Part shown: piece by piece, positions 25,991 through 39,220 of the stretch | How positions within the stretch are numbered: the first letter of the stretch is position 1 | Layout of the letters: each line of letters begins with the position of its first letter | Assembly: GCA_030265395.1 (NCBI GenBank) | Contig: JARFYF010000062.1 | Span: 13,074,002-13,138,001 of the forward strand | Length of the DNA stretch: 64,000 nt | Direction of reading: 5' to 3' | Source: Rhina ancylostomus | Taxonomy: Eukaryota | Notes under the pieces: generated by a model | Databases searched by the model: none | What the model saw: only the letters and a program-made list of their open reading frames with translations | What the model was told of the DNA's origin: nothing | Made by a program: the position numbers and the translations under genes

Positions 25991-27404
25991 GTAGGGGAAA
26001 TTGTGTTGAAAGCCAAAGATGAATGGAAAAGTTTGAGGAGGGGTTGCATTACTGAAGTTGGTGTTTGGAAGACTGAACAGGTGATCAACTCGAAACATCT
26101 AACGTAATAATGGAATCTAATAGTCAGTAGTCAAAAGCAATCATGTTCCCAGTTTCCTTGTGTTCTACCTCACTGGCCTCCACCTTCAAAAGAACATGAT
26201 TTTGTCACCTCCAGTATGATGTCACTGCTAAATAGACTTCGGTATGGAAGAGCTGAAACCTTTTTCCTCTCCATGTACGCTACTTGATCTGATGAATATT
26301 TCTACCATCCTCTGTTTTTGTGTGAGGTTTGGAAGGATGTGACTTCTTTAAAAATTTTTGTCCTTGACCTTATTAGTACTTCATGTGCCCACCCATCCTG
26401 GCTCAAACCTGAGAAAGAACATGGTTTTGGAGTGTTCAGGGCCCACACTGATGACTTAGTCTTGATGTTTGTACAAATCAGTCACACTTAGCTGTAGAGC
26501 ACAATAAGTAGTTGAAGTGAAAGAATGCTGTGGTGGTCGGTTCCCAGTGCAATGTTTCAGTTTTGTCCTTGGAATCATGGCTCACCCAGTGGGATTATTC
26601 TCAAGGCCACTGATTTAAACTTATGAATGTTGCATCCCTGTATACCAGCAGGAGTCAGCTGTAATAAAGGGAATGACTTTTTGGTCACTAAAAATCAGAA
26701 ACTCCAATAAACGGATGGAATTGCAGAATTTAATAGCTCAAATCCCCAGAATTTGAGAATTCTGTTTGATAAATTTAATATAGTCTGATGCAGTAAATTA
26801 GTGTATTTGATTATATTTGCATTAGTGATTTCTGTCAACAAATTTTATGGTTGAAGCAAGACAGTAAATGAATGTGTGAAAACAATATTTCAGTTGTATC
26901 CAGTCTACTTAATGACTCTCAACATCTTGGCAAATTTAAATTTAGAGAAGTGACCTCTTGTTGGCTGCTTTAAATGTGCAAGAAATGACAGATTAGCTGA
27001 CCTCAACACATCCACAGTATTGAATAATGAAAATATCACTGATGAGACTGTTTTTCATTTGTCAATAAATATACTTCAAAGTTGGATTTCTGTCAGCAAT
27101 TTAGTGTAATAGGAAATGGCATAGTGAAGTGGAATTCTGTATTTGGTTCATGAATCTGTCCAGAAACTGAAAAATTGAAAGGGTGGATGAGAGTTCAGAG
27201 GAAAAAAAAATCCCCCTTAAATTTATCTTGTTTATATTCTGTATCTTGAGCGTAGGTACATCTATACTGAGTATTTAAAGTAACATAAGCTCTTGCATTG
27301 TTTGCATTTGCAGTCACTTCTTTATTTGTTGCAAACATTCAATACTCTGTGCAAGTAACATGTGTATCATTTCTTCACAACTCCTTTCAGTAGAATTTCA
27401 TGTA

Positions 27405-27695
27405 CAGGCTGTCCCCGGGTTAAGAACGCCTGACTTATTGCCACCCCAACCTATGAAAGGACTCCCATAATATTAAATTCAAAAGTCCTTCATACATACA
27501 TGCATTCATTCCTACAAATGGCAGAACTAGTTTCCTCTCTTATCGGTCTTAACTGCTTTTGATGTCACTCATTACAATACTGTGGAGGTACGGTTACCAT
27601 ATTGAGTCACGTTTGTGTATTTGCTGACTAATGCACAAAATTGACTTATGGACATCTATAAAAGCGGAACCTGTTCATTACCCCAGGATAGCCTG
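27405..27695. mobile_element. Tc1/mariner (Tigger-like) MITE, 291 bp
   Basis: TA on both sides (27403-27404 and 27696-27697). Imperfect terminal inverted repeats CAGGCTGTCCCCGGGTTAAGAAC and GTTCATTACCCCAGGATAGCCTG. Confidence 0.8.
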
Positions 27696-30681
27696 TAGTG
27701 GTAATGCTCTGAGATAACCTAACTAAGCATGATGTTACATTTATCGAGGCCAAATGTTATTTGCCTTTCTGTGATCTAGTAAAGTGGTGAGCTTCATCCT
27801 TTTGTTTTAGCCATTGTCCCTCCTACTATCTCAAACTTCTGAGATTTACTGATCGTATTGGGACTGATCCCTGAGGGACATCACCATTATGTTTGACTAT
27901 TTCAGCCATTTTCTAAATCAGCATAACAAATCCCAACTCTTTCACCAAGGCTTCAGCTAATGAAATAACCTAATGTGTGAGGCTTCATCTCATTGCAATA
28001 ATATATTACCAGATTTTGCTCATGAAGTAAACAAACTACTTCTTAAAGATATAATTTGTGTTGATAAGACAAAACCTTTTCCAGAAGCGTCTCTAACGGC
28101 TTCCTCTCTTTGCAAATAATTCACCGGCATCTCCTAAGTTTGCCCATTGGTCCTGTAGTATAAGAATATTTACGTGTCTTGTGTAAGAATGATGAAGGAA
28201 ATGGGTTTTTCCTGATGTTCTTGTCAAGACCAAGTTAGCCAATGTCATGGCAGGAGTTCCTATTAACCATCTCCATTTGCCTGTGTATTGTACACTGCAT
28301 ATAATACACATAGTGTATTGATCTATCATTGGGAAAGAATAGATAAGTGGTGTGTTCATGAATGGTATACTCTACATGTGCGCTGTTTGTGCCAGTTTGA
28401 AATCCAAAATAAATTTAGCATTGAATATCCCATCTGGCATAAGTATGACATCCTCTCCAATATCTGCTCCTTTTGTTCTGTATCGGATTTTAATGATTCT
28501 ACTAGTATAGCAGTTGCCTCTTTCAACTGTCCTTATCACCCACCTCTTTACACTGCCTCCTCCCAGGCCATTGGATGACTCTGAAATATATATCAATTAT
28601 ACAGTGCAAGTTGTGAATATATTTTCAGCATTTGTGAGTAGTGAAGTAAGATGTATCAAAAATTATAAACACTATGCTATAAATTTACATCCTAAATTCA
28701 CTTTGATGCATTCTGCTATTTCAGACTTTTCAGAATTAATTTCTGCACCGCTTTCTTCATACCAATTGTAAATATATGGTGTTTTCTGTCTGTCAAATCT
28801 TAAATAGTTTATTAAAAAAATAACTAGTATGCAAAAAAATTAATGGTCAAAATTGGACATTACAAAGAAAATGTACTTTGAATTTAACAGTGTCTCATGT
28901 AATTTGAACCATGNNNNNNNNNNNNNNNNNNNNNNNNNNNNNNNNNNNNNNNNNNNNNNNNNNNNNNNNNNNNNNNNNNNNNNNNNNNNNNNNNNNNNNN
29001 NNNNNNNNNNNNNAGTGTCTCATGTAATTTGAACCATGCTTTGACAGGGAAGATGATGTAGCTGAAATCTGTGAAAATGACTGCCAACCTTTACACTTAA
29101 TGCTGATTTTGCAAGACAACAGGTTCAAAGCCTGTTTGCCCTTGCAGTGCACCAAATGGTGCATTTGTCAGATCAGGCTGGTAATACCAATACACGTTGA
29201 TGTACAGCACTGCTGCACAATATGCCTGCTGATCTGTGTAGTGGCACTGTTAAAATAAGTGATGATGGATTAGATCCACAATGTGTTATGTGGAACAAAG
29301 GCTTGCATTGGCCTTGTTGCTGTCCTGACGTAAATGGATTTTCCTCCTGGCCTCACTGTTGTGGGCTGCAGCCAGATCACCGTGGCCATCCAACTGCTGT
29401 CAGTCCGAATATCCCATGTGCCAAACGCTGCCACTGCAAGGGTAAATTTGTTAAGAAAATTCTCAACCGTGAACCAGTGCTTACATATTTCTATTTCCTC
29501 CTATGCAATGCATTGCATTTCACCAACTCCCTTTCCCAGCTACAGAGGACAAGCTGAAAAGGAAACAGGGTGTTGCTCAAAATCTCACTGTTGGCAGGTC
29601 CACAGAGCAACGCTGATATTGGCACACCCCTGAGCTCCTACCAGCTGGCACACTAAATTCCAAAGCAGCCCACCACATTGAAATGACAGGAACTTGGAGA
29701 TCAAAATATATATCAATGGAAAGTATGTTGTACATTTGTTCTCTTTTAATATGAAAAGCCTCCTGATGGAGATCATTCCCATAATGAAAAATTCCTGAAG
29801 AATGAGTTTCTAATGTAACAGTATCCAGATAGCTTTGTTCTATAGCTATTTGGTGCTTTTTTTTTCAGTTCAGAATACAAGCTTGTACCATTTCATGTTT
29901 GTATTATTTTGTTTCAATGATTAATGAATTTCCTGCTATGATTATTTACATTCCTTAAAACACTGCGCGAAGCTGCATTTTTCTTGTTACCAATAATGTC
30001 GGTCTTGTTGTAACCTCAAGTCTTATCTTTGTAACCTGTACTTATCTCCTTGTTCCTTTTGCTTCCAACAGAACTAATTCTGCTTTTCCGTATCCCAATT
30101 GAGATAATGTACATTTGAACTGCCTGTAAAAATGCTCTCTCTTCACTCTGGGGTTGATGTGTCGCCAACCTATGCAACCTGTGTTACTGTCGTTTCTAAT
30201 CATTGTGGGTTAACAAGTAGGTTTCTTAAAGATCAGTCTTTTTTCCCTTTTTGGTTTTATATTCATACAAGTAAAAATATACAATTGTGAGTTGTTATTC
30301 CAGCTGCAGTATTGTGCAATTCTAGTGTAATGTGATGTCTGTTGTTACAAGCACTTTTCAAAACCTAAACCAAGGGAGGTGCTGTGGTTTAATTAAATTA
30401 AAAAAAAATGGTTTCATTTAAAGATTCTACAAATATCAGTGNNNNNNNNNNNNNNNNNNNNNNNNNNNNNNNNNNNNNNNNNNNNNNNNNNNNNNNNNNN
30501 NNNNNNNNNNNNNNNNNNNNNNNNNNNNNNNNNNNNNNNNNGTTTCATTTAAAGAGTCTACCAAGATCAGTGCAAGAACCAACTCTACACTGGTTTTGTA
30601 ACAAAACTAGGGCAGCAATTATATAACTGCTTCAGGAGGCTTTGATTTGCTTTGATTTTACTGTGATTTTCAAAGCTTCAG

Positions 30682-30683
<2 letters not shown>

Positions 30684-30712
<29 letters not shown>
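30684..30712. repeat. (TC)n microsatellite
   Basis: Directly visible. Confidence 0.95.
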
Positions 30713-30716
<4 letters not shown>

Positions 30717-31320
30717 CTCTCACACTCACATGCACTCATGCATACAGGCTATGTGTGTTCTATTTCACTCCCCACGAATGCTGCTTCTGTAATCTCCAAT
30801 TCAGGCATTTAGAGTGCACCTTATTTGGTTATCTTTTTTTTCCCTCTGGGGATTTGTTTCTGTTTTAATGCTTCCTAAGTGTGTAAGCTATCACACACAT
30901 GGTGTGACACTGCCAGGCAAAATCCCCATCCTGTGTTAAGTATATTTTCAGAAGTAGCGGAGGCGCAACTGCGTAATATGTGATCTCACCCCCACCCTTC
31001 CCAACTTCTCAGATTCCATCGTGGCCTTCTGGCCAAGACTCAATTTTGCTGTAAAAACTGAAGGCTTGTGTAAACCCCCTAAAGGAGAGATGCTCCAGCT
31101 TCTAGTTTCTGCAATCAGAACACATATTGGCATGCTTTTTAGTAGTTTGCATTAAATGGTGCAGGAGAGTGAATGTTTGCAGCATTATTGAGCAGAGTAA
31201 AGCTACAAATCAAAGCAGAGTATTTTTGTACAGATTCTAGTGTCTAAAGGGGGGGTCTTGCTGATGATGACGTTGTATCTATACTTCACATTGTAATGTA
31301 TCCAAGTGATTCATTTTCCC

Positions 31321-31380
31321 AATAAATAATGTTTTGATGCATATATCTTAAAATAAATCTTGTATCGTGTTTTAATCTCC
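31321..31380 (+). terminator. Candidate polyadenylation site ending a ~8.5 kb AAK1 3'UTR
   Basis: Tandem AATAAA at 31321 and 31352, several upstream TGTA elements, and a downstream GT/T-rich stretch. Confidence 0.5.
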
Positions 31381-31609
31381 TTTCTTGATTATCTTTGCGG
31401 ATGCCCCCAGCTGCTGAAGTTCCTCGGTAATGAGCTTGTATATGTGCCTCTGTTCATCTATTCAACTTGTGGGATGAGCTAGCCTTGAAGTGGCAATAGA
31501 GTTGAACTATTGAAACTGACATAAGACGCAATAGATTCATTTCAATCACTTGGGTTGAGAAAAATGAAAACCTGGTACTTGATGATGCAGAATTGAAGGG
31601 GTTCTTTGG

Positions 31610-31830
31610 TAATTGGTTTATTATTATCACCTGTACTGAGATACAGTGGAAAGCTTTTCTTTGCATGCCATCCAGGCAGATCATTCCATAAGTAAGTACA
31701 TAGAGGTAGTACAAAAGGAAAACAAAACAGAATGCAGAATATAGTGTTACAGTTACAGAGAAAGTGCAGTGCAGGCAGACAAAGTGCAAGGGCCATGACG
31801 AGGTAGACTGAGAGATCTAGAGTGCATGTG
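31610..31830 (-). mobile_element. Rex1-like LINE/SINE 3' end
   Basis: GGTTTATTATTATCACCTGTACTGAGATACAGTG...; related copies near 53270 and 60295. Confidence 0.65.
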
Positions 31831-33770
31831 CATCACGCTGGTCTAGTCAACAATAAGTGCTTTGATTTACACCTGAACTGCAGCTGGCCCCTGACCTGGT
31901 TTAAGTGCAAACCAGAACTATATTCCTGGTACAGAACAAACTGCAATTACAGTCAAAACACAGCTAAAGCTATCTTGAGCACATATTTGGCAGATCAGGG
32001 CACAGTTCTGAGAACCAGCTTTGAGTCTGGAAAGATGAGTTAAATGTTTCTTCATTCCTTGCAATAGTCGCTCAGAAGAAATGGACCAGGCATCTCACCC
32101 AGTTTCCAAATGCCTGTGTGTCACAACACAAAGCTTAGAGTGATAGACAATTCCATTTAGAGGCTGGTCTGGAAATGGGTAGAAATGTCACAGTCGTGCA
32201 GTTCTTGGTATCCCCTTGATGGTGGAGTTAAACACCACCAGGATCAAAAGAGATTGGTTTATTTTGAATTTTAGCAATGTTGATTGAAGGTGGCTGACAC
32301 AGGGCAAACTAGGTAAGGAAGATGTGGCCACAAGAGGGAAACCGGAAGCTTTATGACTCACATGACCTTAACTTCTGAATTCTGCAGAAATTTAATCAAG
32401 AGAATTGTTTTACTTTTAAACAGGCAAAAGTGTGCTTTTCAGCTTTACTGATGTAAATGTATGATGGAATTTGGGGCATGAATGATATTGGGAAAATCAT
32501 GTTACAAAATCAAAAGGGGAGAAATTAAGCTAAGAACTAAATAATTTGTTTCTAAGCTGTACTAAACTGTGTCTGAACTTTTCTGCAAATGCAACTGGAA
32601 GTTGGCAGAAATGACATTTAAAACATAATGATACTTCTGCTAAGGTAAGATTTTTTTTAAGTGCTTTTCTAGAGCCTTAATATATAAAAATTAATCCCAT
32701 TTGCTGCATCTTAGATTGATGATTCTGATTCCTGTAAGACAAGTTATTTTTGTGGCATTTATGATTACCTTTTAGTCATTCTTCGCTGTTTATATCTGTT
32801 GCAGCTGATGCAATGAATCAGCATATGGTGAGATTTATATTTTAAGAGTTCAATACATGGATTAAGTCTGTAATCTTGAATTTTAATTTAAATCCACAAG
32901 CCAAAGGGTTTTTACACTAACAATGCAAACTGCCAGTAATGTTACTTGGGATTTAACGTTTTGTGCATACTGAAATGTGACATTCAGTAGCAGCATAGAA
33001 CTTTAAGGAGCAATGGACTTGTGTATAATGTTCTAAACCTTTTAATGTCTTGTTGGAAGATTCAGCATTCATCGCACATTGGGCATGAATCTGCATGCAT
33101 TATGAGCTGTCTATATCAATCCATGTGATGTGAAACTGCTTTCATTTGTATATTTTCATAGAAATAGCAGCTTCCACAATTAAGATATGCAATGAATAAA
33201 ATTATATCCCAATAGGGAGCAATTTCCAATTGACCTGGTTTGTATGTCGGGTAATAAAACGCTTGTAAAGTTTAAGAGCTACAGGACTGATGAGGCAAAT
33301 TAGCATTTCATTTAAAAAAAAATGCGAGGTGTAATTGGTAAAATTAAACGTGCTGATTTCATGTTGTGAAAAACTAAATTTAAAGCATTTTCACCACATG
33401 TCAGCATTAAGTGGATGCAATGAGAACAGCAAATGCTGGAAATGCAGAGCAGCTCTGCCAGCATCAAAGAGAAAATAATGTGCTGTTTCAAATGCCAATG
33501 CCCTATCAGCCTTGCTTCACAGACTACAACTGAAACGTTAACCAGTCACCTCCCAACTTCCACTTACAATACCTGCCAGGTTCAACCTTGGATGATAACC
33601 ACTTGTGTATTTCAAGAATTCTCTTTCAGACTTCCAGCATTCACTTTCCTTTTCATCTGGACCTGACGATCTCTTGGGAAGAACGTCTCCAGAGTGACAG
33701 CTTGCTGTCATTAAAATATGCCCAACTTTGCGATCTCCCAACATTAGTTTCCCACTGTAGTGATTACAAG

Positions 33771-34200
33771 ATTTTTTTTAACAAAATAAACTTTATTCAT
33801 AATAAAAAAAGAAACTATATACAATAATAAAACATTCAAACCTTTACATTCATGTACAGTTCCATTCTTAGTGTTACTTCTTATATATGAAGATACAGCA
33901 CCGATGCCACTCATGTGGCTCCCTGGGGGGGATACCCCAATNNNNNNNNNNNNNNNNNNNNNNNNNNNNNNNNNNNNNNNNNNNNNNNNNNNNNNNNNNN
34001 NNNNNNNNNNNNNNNNNNNNNNNNNNNNNNNNNNNNNNNNNCGGGAACAGCCCGGAGATCAGAGAATCCTCTGTTACGCAGCTGCTGGGGATGAACCAGG
34101 ACACGGACCCCTGCATCTTTCGCCACACCTTCTTCGCAAACCCACACTCCACAAAGAGATGAGCAACCGTCTCGTCCCCAGCGCAGTGGTTACAAGGTTT
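33771..34200 (-). mobile_element. L1/Tx1-clade LINE 3' end, interrupted by a gap
   Basis: Minus-strand C-terminal zinc knuckle C..CAGDETVAHLFVEC.FAKKVW; AATAAA and an A-rich tail on the minus strand at ~33771-33800. Confidence 0.85.
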
Positions 34201-36883
34201 TCCTAGAGATGGGGGAACATACTGCAAAGGAAATATAGATTTATTTCCTTCCACCTCAGCAAGGATTGCCATTTGCTTTCCCCTTCACAATATGCCAGTT
34301 TAGTAAAGACTACTTGGCCATTCACATCTCCATTGGATGAGAATTGTTAGTTACAGGTCTTAGCCAGGTTACAACAGGGTTTTGTTCCTATTCATAACCT
34401 GAACAGTTTGAAAGTCAGAAATTAGGTTGCCTGGTATTATATATAAATGAAAACATTGGCCAACCAAAGACCTGCAGTTAAGCCAGGGCATTTTACTCAG
34501 CCATTCAGGTATTGCTCTGAACTGAATTCCCACCCGGCAGAGGATGCCTGTAGCTCTGCAGCAGTCGGCAAGTCCATCCTGCCGGTCCCCCAAACGCTTG
34601 TTCATGTACAGGCTGTATATAAATTGGGCATTCATAAGCTGGGGAGGACCTGTAATTAGTTTTTGACCACTTCTAACCAGTTAGCCCAGCAACTGCTGTT
34701 AGTGAGCGAAAATGGAAGTGCTTTGGGGAAAGGGCAGAGGAATGAGACATTGAATTGCTTGGTTAAGAGCTGGCACAGACCTGTAGGCTGCATTGCCCTC
34801 CTCCTTGTGCTGAGACATGAGACATAATTATTTGTTGAAAAATACCAGCTGACTCCTTAGTCAGTATTTTAACAAAAAGTAGGCAATGCCTTGTTGGCAC
34901 AAGTGCAGAGCAGAGTTTATGGGAAGTCATGGGCTGGGAAGTCATAGAGTCATACAGCACGGGAAAAGGCCCTTTGACTCATCAAGTCCACGCCAACCAT
35001 CAAGAACCCAACCACAGCAACCCCACTAGCCCCCAACTCCCAATGCTAGACTTTTCACCAATTTATTAAACAGAAGATTGTTCCATAAAGCTGTGCAGTT
35101 TCTTGGCCATGGTGCTTTTAAGCATTTAATTGTAGGATCATCTCTTGATCTATCCTTACTTCCATGTGTATAATTGACTGACCAACAGATTCCATTTTAA
35201 TACAAGGGGTTCAGTTTCTGACATTTCCATGGGAATCATGTTGCAGAACCAGATAATCAGTGAAGTAAATTTAAAACAAAGATGTGAGAATTCTTAAATA
35301 GTTGTGGGGAAGGGAGCACATGTTGAAGGAAGAGCACTCTCCCTCTTCAGCCAGCCTTTGGTCCCTGCTGGGATCATCCTCATTGATCACTGGTGTGGGA
35401 TCGTTGCTGTTAGGTCATTTTCGTTGTTCAGGTGATCTGGGATTGTCTTTTGTAGACTGGTCAGCAGGTTTCCCTCATTGTTCATTCTAACTAGAATCCC
35501 AATTCAGTTTTCACTGGTCTTTAATTCGCTCTGGAATCCTTGTTGCGATTTCCCTTGTCATTCAATGATCCTATGATCAGTGTAACAATGCTGTGGTCTC
35601 TGATTTTAATCAACAAGAATTTCTGGAGCATGTATCTAAAGAGTCCTGTAGCTGTTGGATTTTNNNNNNNNNNNNNNNNNNNNNNNNNNNNNNNNNNNNN
35701 NNNNNNNNNNNNNNNNNNNNNNNNNNNNNNNNNNNNNNNNNNNNNNNNNNNNNNNNNNNNNNNNNNNNNNNNNNNNNNNNNNNNNNNNNNNNNNNNNNNN
35801 NNNNNNNNNNNNNNNNNNNNNNNNNNNNNNNNNNNNNNNNNNNNNNNNNNNNNNNNNNNNNNNNNNNNNNNNNNNNNNNNNNNNNNNNNNNNNNNTGCTC
35901 CTTATCCTCTGAACCCTTCTCCTTGCATGGCATATTTTGGAAACCAAAGATACGAGATGTCCTCAAGTACTTGAAAGCTCAAAAATAGTGGAATTGATAC
36001 TCCATTAAAAGCATTTTCTATTTAACTCGTATTGCTTTTGCACTTGTTCAGTGAAAAATGAAAAACTGTTCAGTGCAGATCCTGAGTGGCCTAATTGATT
36101 AAGCAGCCAAAGCTTGAAGGGAATTGCCCCCAGTGTGTGGGTGGTTGGAGAAATCAAAGCGGTGTTGATGGACATTTGACAAAGAATAGATTACAGTGAA
36201 ATGTGGGTGAATGGGATTTATGAGATTGCTCTAAAAACCAGCATAGACTCAAAGGGCTGAATGGCCTCTATGAAATGAGAAAATATGAAAACGTCACCGA
36301 CCCTCTGCCATTAAAACCCTCAGCATTGCCTTTGGAGAAGTTCATGAAACTGCTTTGAGGTGTGAGTTCTGAGCATCTGTTTCAGGGGAAAAGGAGCAAC
36401 AATGAGTAACCCTCAGCTGTCAAAGTATAGCTGAATGCTTTAGTCTGTCCCTGCTTCCTTCTGTCTGTCTCTACCTCTGGATTCATCCGCAAATTAAGAG
36501 AATGTATAATTTGTTCAGAAACAACTTTAGGGTGAAATAGTTAAGATGTTTCAAATGGACTTCCTTTCGACTTGACAACACGGTCTTAAAGACTGGCCTT
36601 TTACATGTCCTACCATTTGCATTACAAGCGCCTGAGTGCTTTCAGAAACCGGGCTTTCACTGGACTGAAAGGTATACTGGGTGTAGGTGAAAGTCAAGTG
36701 CACATTGTTGTGGCAGTGTAAAGTTCACCAGAACAGGCTCCACAGTCTTGCTGAAAATTGTAGGATTTAATTGGGGACTTATGCAAACACACTCCGCCAT
36801 TGAATCAATATACAAAGCCAGCAGAGTTCAGGGAGCGCAGCATCTCTGACAGAGAGGATTAATCAGCTCTTGTTCTGTTCCAG

Positions 36884-37897
36884 GTTTCCCAAGAGATATA
36901 TCTGGCCTTTGTGTGGAGCAGTTCCAGTCATCTGCCAATAATGCCCCTGTTTTCTCTGGGATTGGCAAGTCCGATGCTGAGAGTGTGAATTGGCCTAACC
37001 CTACCAACCGGAGTTCAGTGCACAGCAGTGACGAAGATTGCATTGAGGATGGTGCCGACCTCCTCGACAGCAGTGGCCACAGACCTCTCCTGTTGGATTC
37101 TGAAGAGGACGAGGATCCCAACAAACCCCAGAATTTGGTGAGCCATTCAGGAGAGATGGTAGAAGGACAGCTCAATCTTGACTGTTCAAGTGGGGCAGAC
37201 CTGCTGGAACAGCCACCCAAGCTCCACACTGAAAAGGGTGAGGAAACAGCAAATGAGGCAGATGTGTTCTCTGCCGCTCCCTTCAGGAACACAAGGGCCA
37301 CTGAAACGGTGCAGGGTGCCGTTGATGTTTTTACCAAGGCTCCATTTAAAGTAAAAATGAATGCTGCTAGAAATCAAACTGAGGACACTGATGTCTTTGC
37401 AAGGGCACCGTTTTCAAAAAAGAAAATGCTGGCAACTTTGGAAGAGACAGTTGTGTGCCCACCGGTCCCAGAAGTACCCAAAGAGACATCTACTCAATCC
37501 CAGTTTGGAGGTGTTGCTCCAGACACCAATCAGATTTTTCAAAGTATGTTCGCTGGTTTTCAAGACTCGTGTGTTGGATCATCTGGTGGAGTCCAGCACA
37601 GGGCTGCACCTTTCACAGCTGGCAACCCGCAAGATTCTATGGAAGCAAAGTCTAACCGAGAAGGAGACCCAATGAAGAGTTGCAGTAATTCCCAGAATCA
37701 CCAAATGCAAACCCCCAGCACTTTGCGAGCTCAAGAAGCATTGCTGCCTTCAGGGAGCTCCCAACCCTTTCATCCTCGAGCATTATCCAAGTACTCCCGT
37801 CACTTCAAAGAAGAGGAGTGGCAGGGTCAGCTGCCCAACGCCTACGCAGTCGGTCCTGATATAATGCAGGGGGCGCGAGGAGCCACTAACCCTGCCT
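36884..37897 (+). CDS. AAK1: AAK1 distal alternative terminal exon, BMP2K C-terminal-like low-complexity domain; runs into an N-gap, true stop not visible
   Basis: Acceptor ttgttctgttccag| at 36883 is phase 1 and in frame with the ORF at 36913. Open for more than 330 codons. Motifs GHRPLLLDSEEDE, three DVFxxAPF repeats and QPFHPRALSKYSRH resemble the BMP2K tail and the AAK1-downstream FLJ45252-type sequence as I recall them. Confidence 0.85.
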
Positions 37898-39072
37898 NNN
37901 NNNNNNNNNNNNNNNNNNNNNNNNNNNNNNNNNNNNNNNNNNNNNNNNNNNNNNNNNNNNNNNNNNNNNNNNNNNNNNNNNNNNNNNNNNNNNNNNNNNN
38001 NNNNNNNNNNNNNNNNNNNNNNNNGGGGTTGGTTGGGGTTGGGGGGGGGGCAATGCAGCATCAGTTGAAATTGCAGTATCTCACTTTAACGCGCGGCCAG
38101 TTAAGGACAATGGGTCTTTTCCCTGTCACTGCAACAAAACTGTATCAACTTGTTACAATATCAAATCTCAGGCCTTGACTCTGCAAATGATCTCTGGCAT
38201 TCAGGTCTCCATGAGGCATAGTCCAACACAGTGACCACCTTGTCAAAGTACAAATTGGTTTGGGATTATATTACAAATTCAGCTGAAGTGGTTCAGCTTT
38301 TCCCAGCCTCCGAGATGCACAAGAAGATAGGAAGTGCATCACCAGAGCAGGGAAAGGTCAGAAGTGCCTCTTTGTTTGCAGCAGAGATCTGTAAGGACTC
38401 TAGCCTTAGTTATGTTGAATGCCAGAACTTACCTCAAGCTGTTTGCAAAAGTCAAAAACTGGGATAACCAAAAATCCACCAGAGAAGTGTTGTCCATTGC
38501 AGTGTTCACTAGTCCCACCGATTAGTCTCCATGTCAGTATGATTTTATTTTAAAACTGCATTAAATGTGTAAATTTAAAACACAACCATGCAACAAAATT
38601 TTATTAAGCTGCCTAATTTGTAAATTGAAGGAAAAATGCAACTTAGCAGTGCCTTTTTAAAACTAATTTCTTTCCAAGGATTGAACATGTGCATTGAATT
38701 GGGATACTGCAACATGCAGAGTGGCACTGTACCAGCTACTGTACAGTGCTGCCCTCCAGAGGTGTGGAGTGTGGTTTATAGTGGCACTGTGTGCAGTGTA
38801 ACCCTCTTTTAATGCACAATGGGGACAAGTTAGTGCTACAATCAGATTCCTTTGCTTACTGAGTAGTTCCAGACAATGATATTCAAGTTGACCTCAGCTT
38901 GCATGATACCTTCATTTGAGTATTTGAGTGACTCTGCTTAAGATCTCCATTTCTTGCAGTAGACAGAAGTAACCCTTTTGGAGGTCTGAATTAATTAATT
39001 TGCACCGTGAATTTACATCACGCATGATTACCAAGATTTACCAGGAATGGTATGGTTAATGGAAGAAACACA

Positions 39073-39152
39073 TGACCACTCCGTTCAATTGTTAGTGTAC
39101 AGTCCTGTACACTGATCACTCCATTCAATTATCAGTGCAGAATGCTGTACAT
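39073..39152. repeat. Two imperfect tandem copies of a 40-bp unit
   Basis: TGACCACTCCGTTCAATTGTTAGTGTACAGTCCTGTACAC followed by TGATCACTCCATTCAATTATCAGTGCAGAATGCTGTACAT. Confidence 0.75.
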
Positions 39153-39220
39153 TAAAAGTAATCTCGAGTTGCACACTTATTAAAGTGATTTAAACAACAT
39201 TTGATGTTAGATTTATTTTC
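39151..39220 (+). terminator. Candidate polyadenylation signals for the distal AAK1 terminal exon
   Basis: ATTAAA at 39151 and 39179, upstream TGTA motifs, downstream T/GT-rich sequence. Confidence 0.35.

Noticed and set aside
28889-29038. 25-bp direct repeat on both sides of a 100-N gap; similar cases at ~16107/16214, 30411/30542 and ~43044/43160
   Set aside because: Typical of unmerged contig overlaps in a scaffolded assembly, so probably not real duplications.
36828-37337. 169-aa antisense ORF
   Set aside because: Shadow frame of the genuine coding exon on the + strand.
2127-37897. Calling the gene BMP2K instead of AAK1
   Set aside because: Only the distal exon is BMP2K-like. The [16 protein letters not shown] and [14 protein letters not shown] exons and the downstream gene context fit AAK1.
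38025-38178. Post-gap continuation of the 421-aa ORF (GLVGVGGG...NLRP*)
   Set aside because: The frame across the N-gap is unreliable and the sequence looks like UTR. The real stop probably lies within the gap.
38724-38770. 10-bp stem-loop and a weak CTCF-like motif in the distal UTR
   Set aside because: Short and imperfect; expected by chance in 64 kb.
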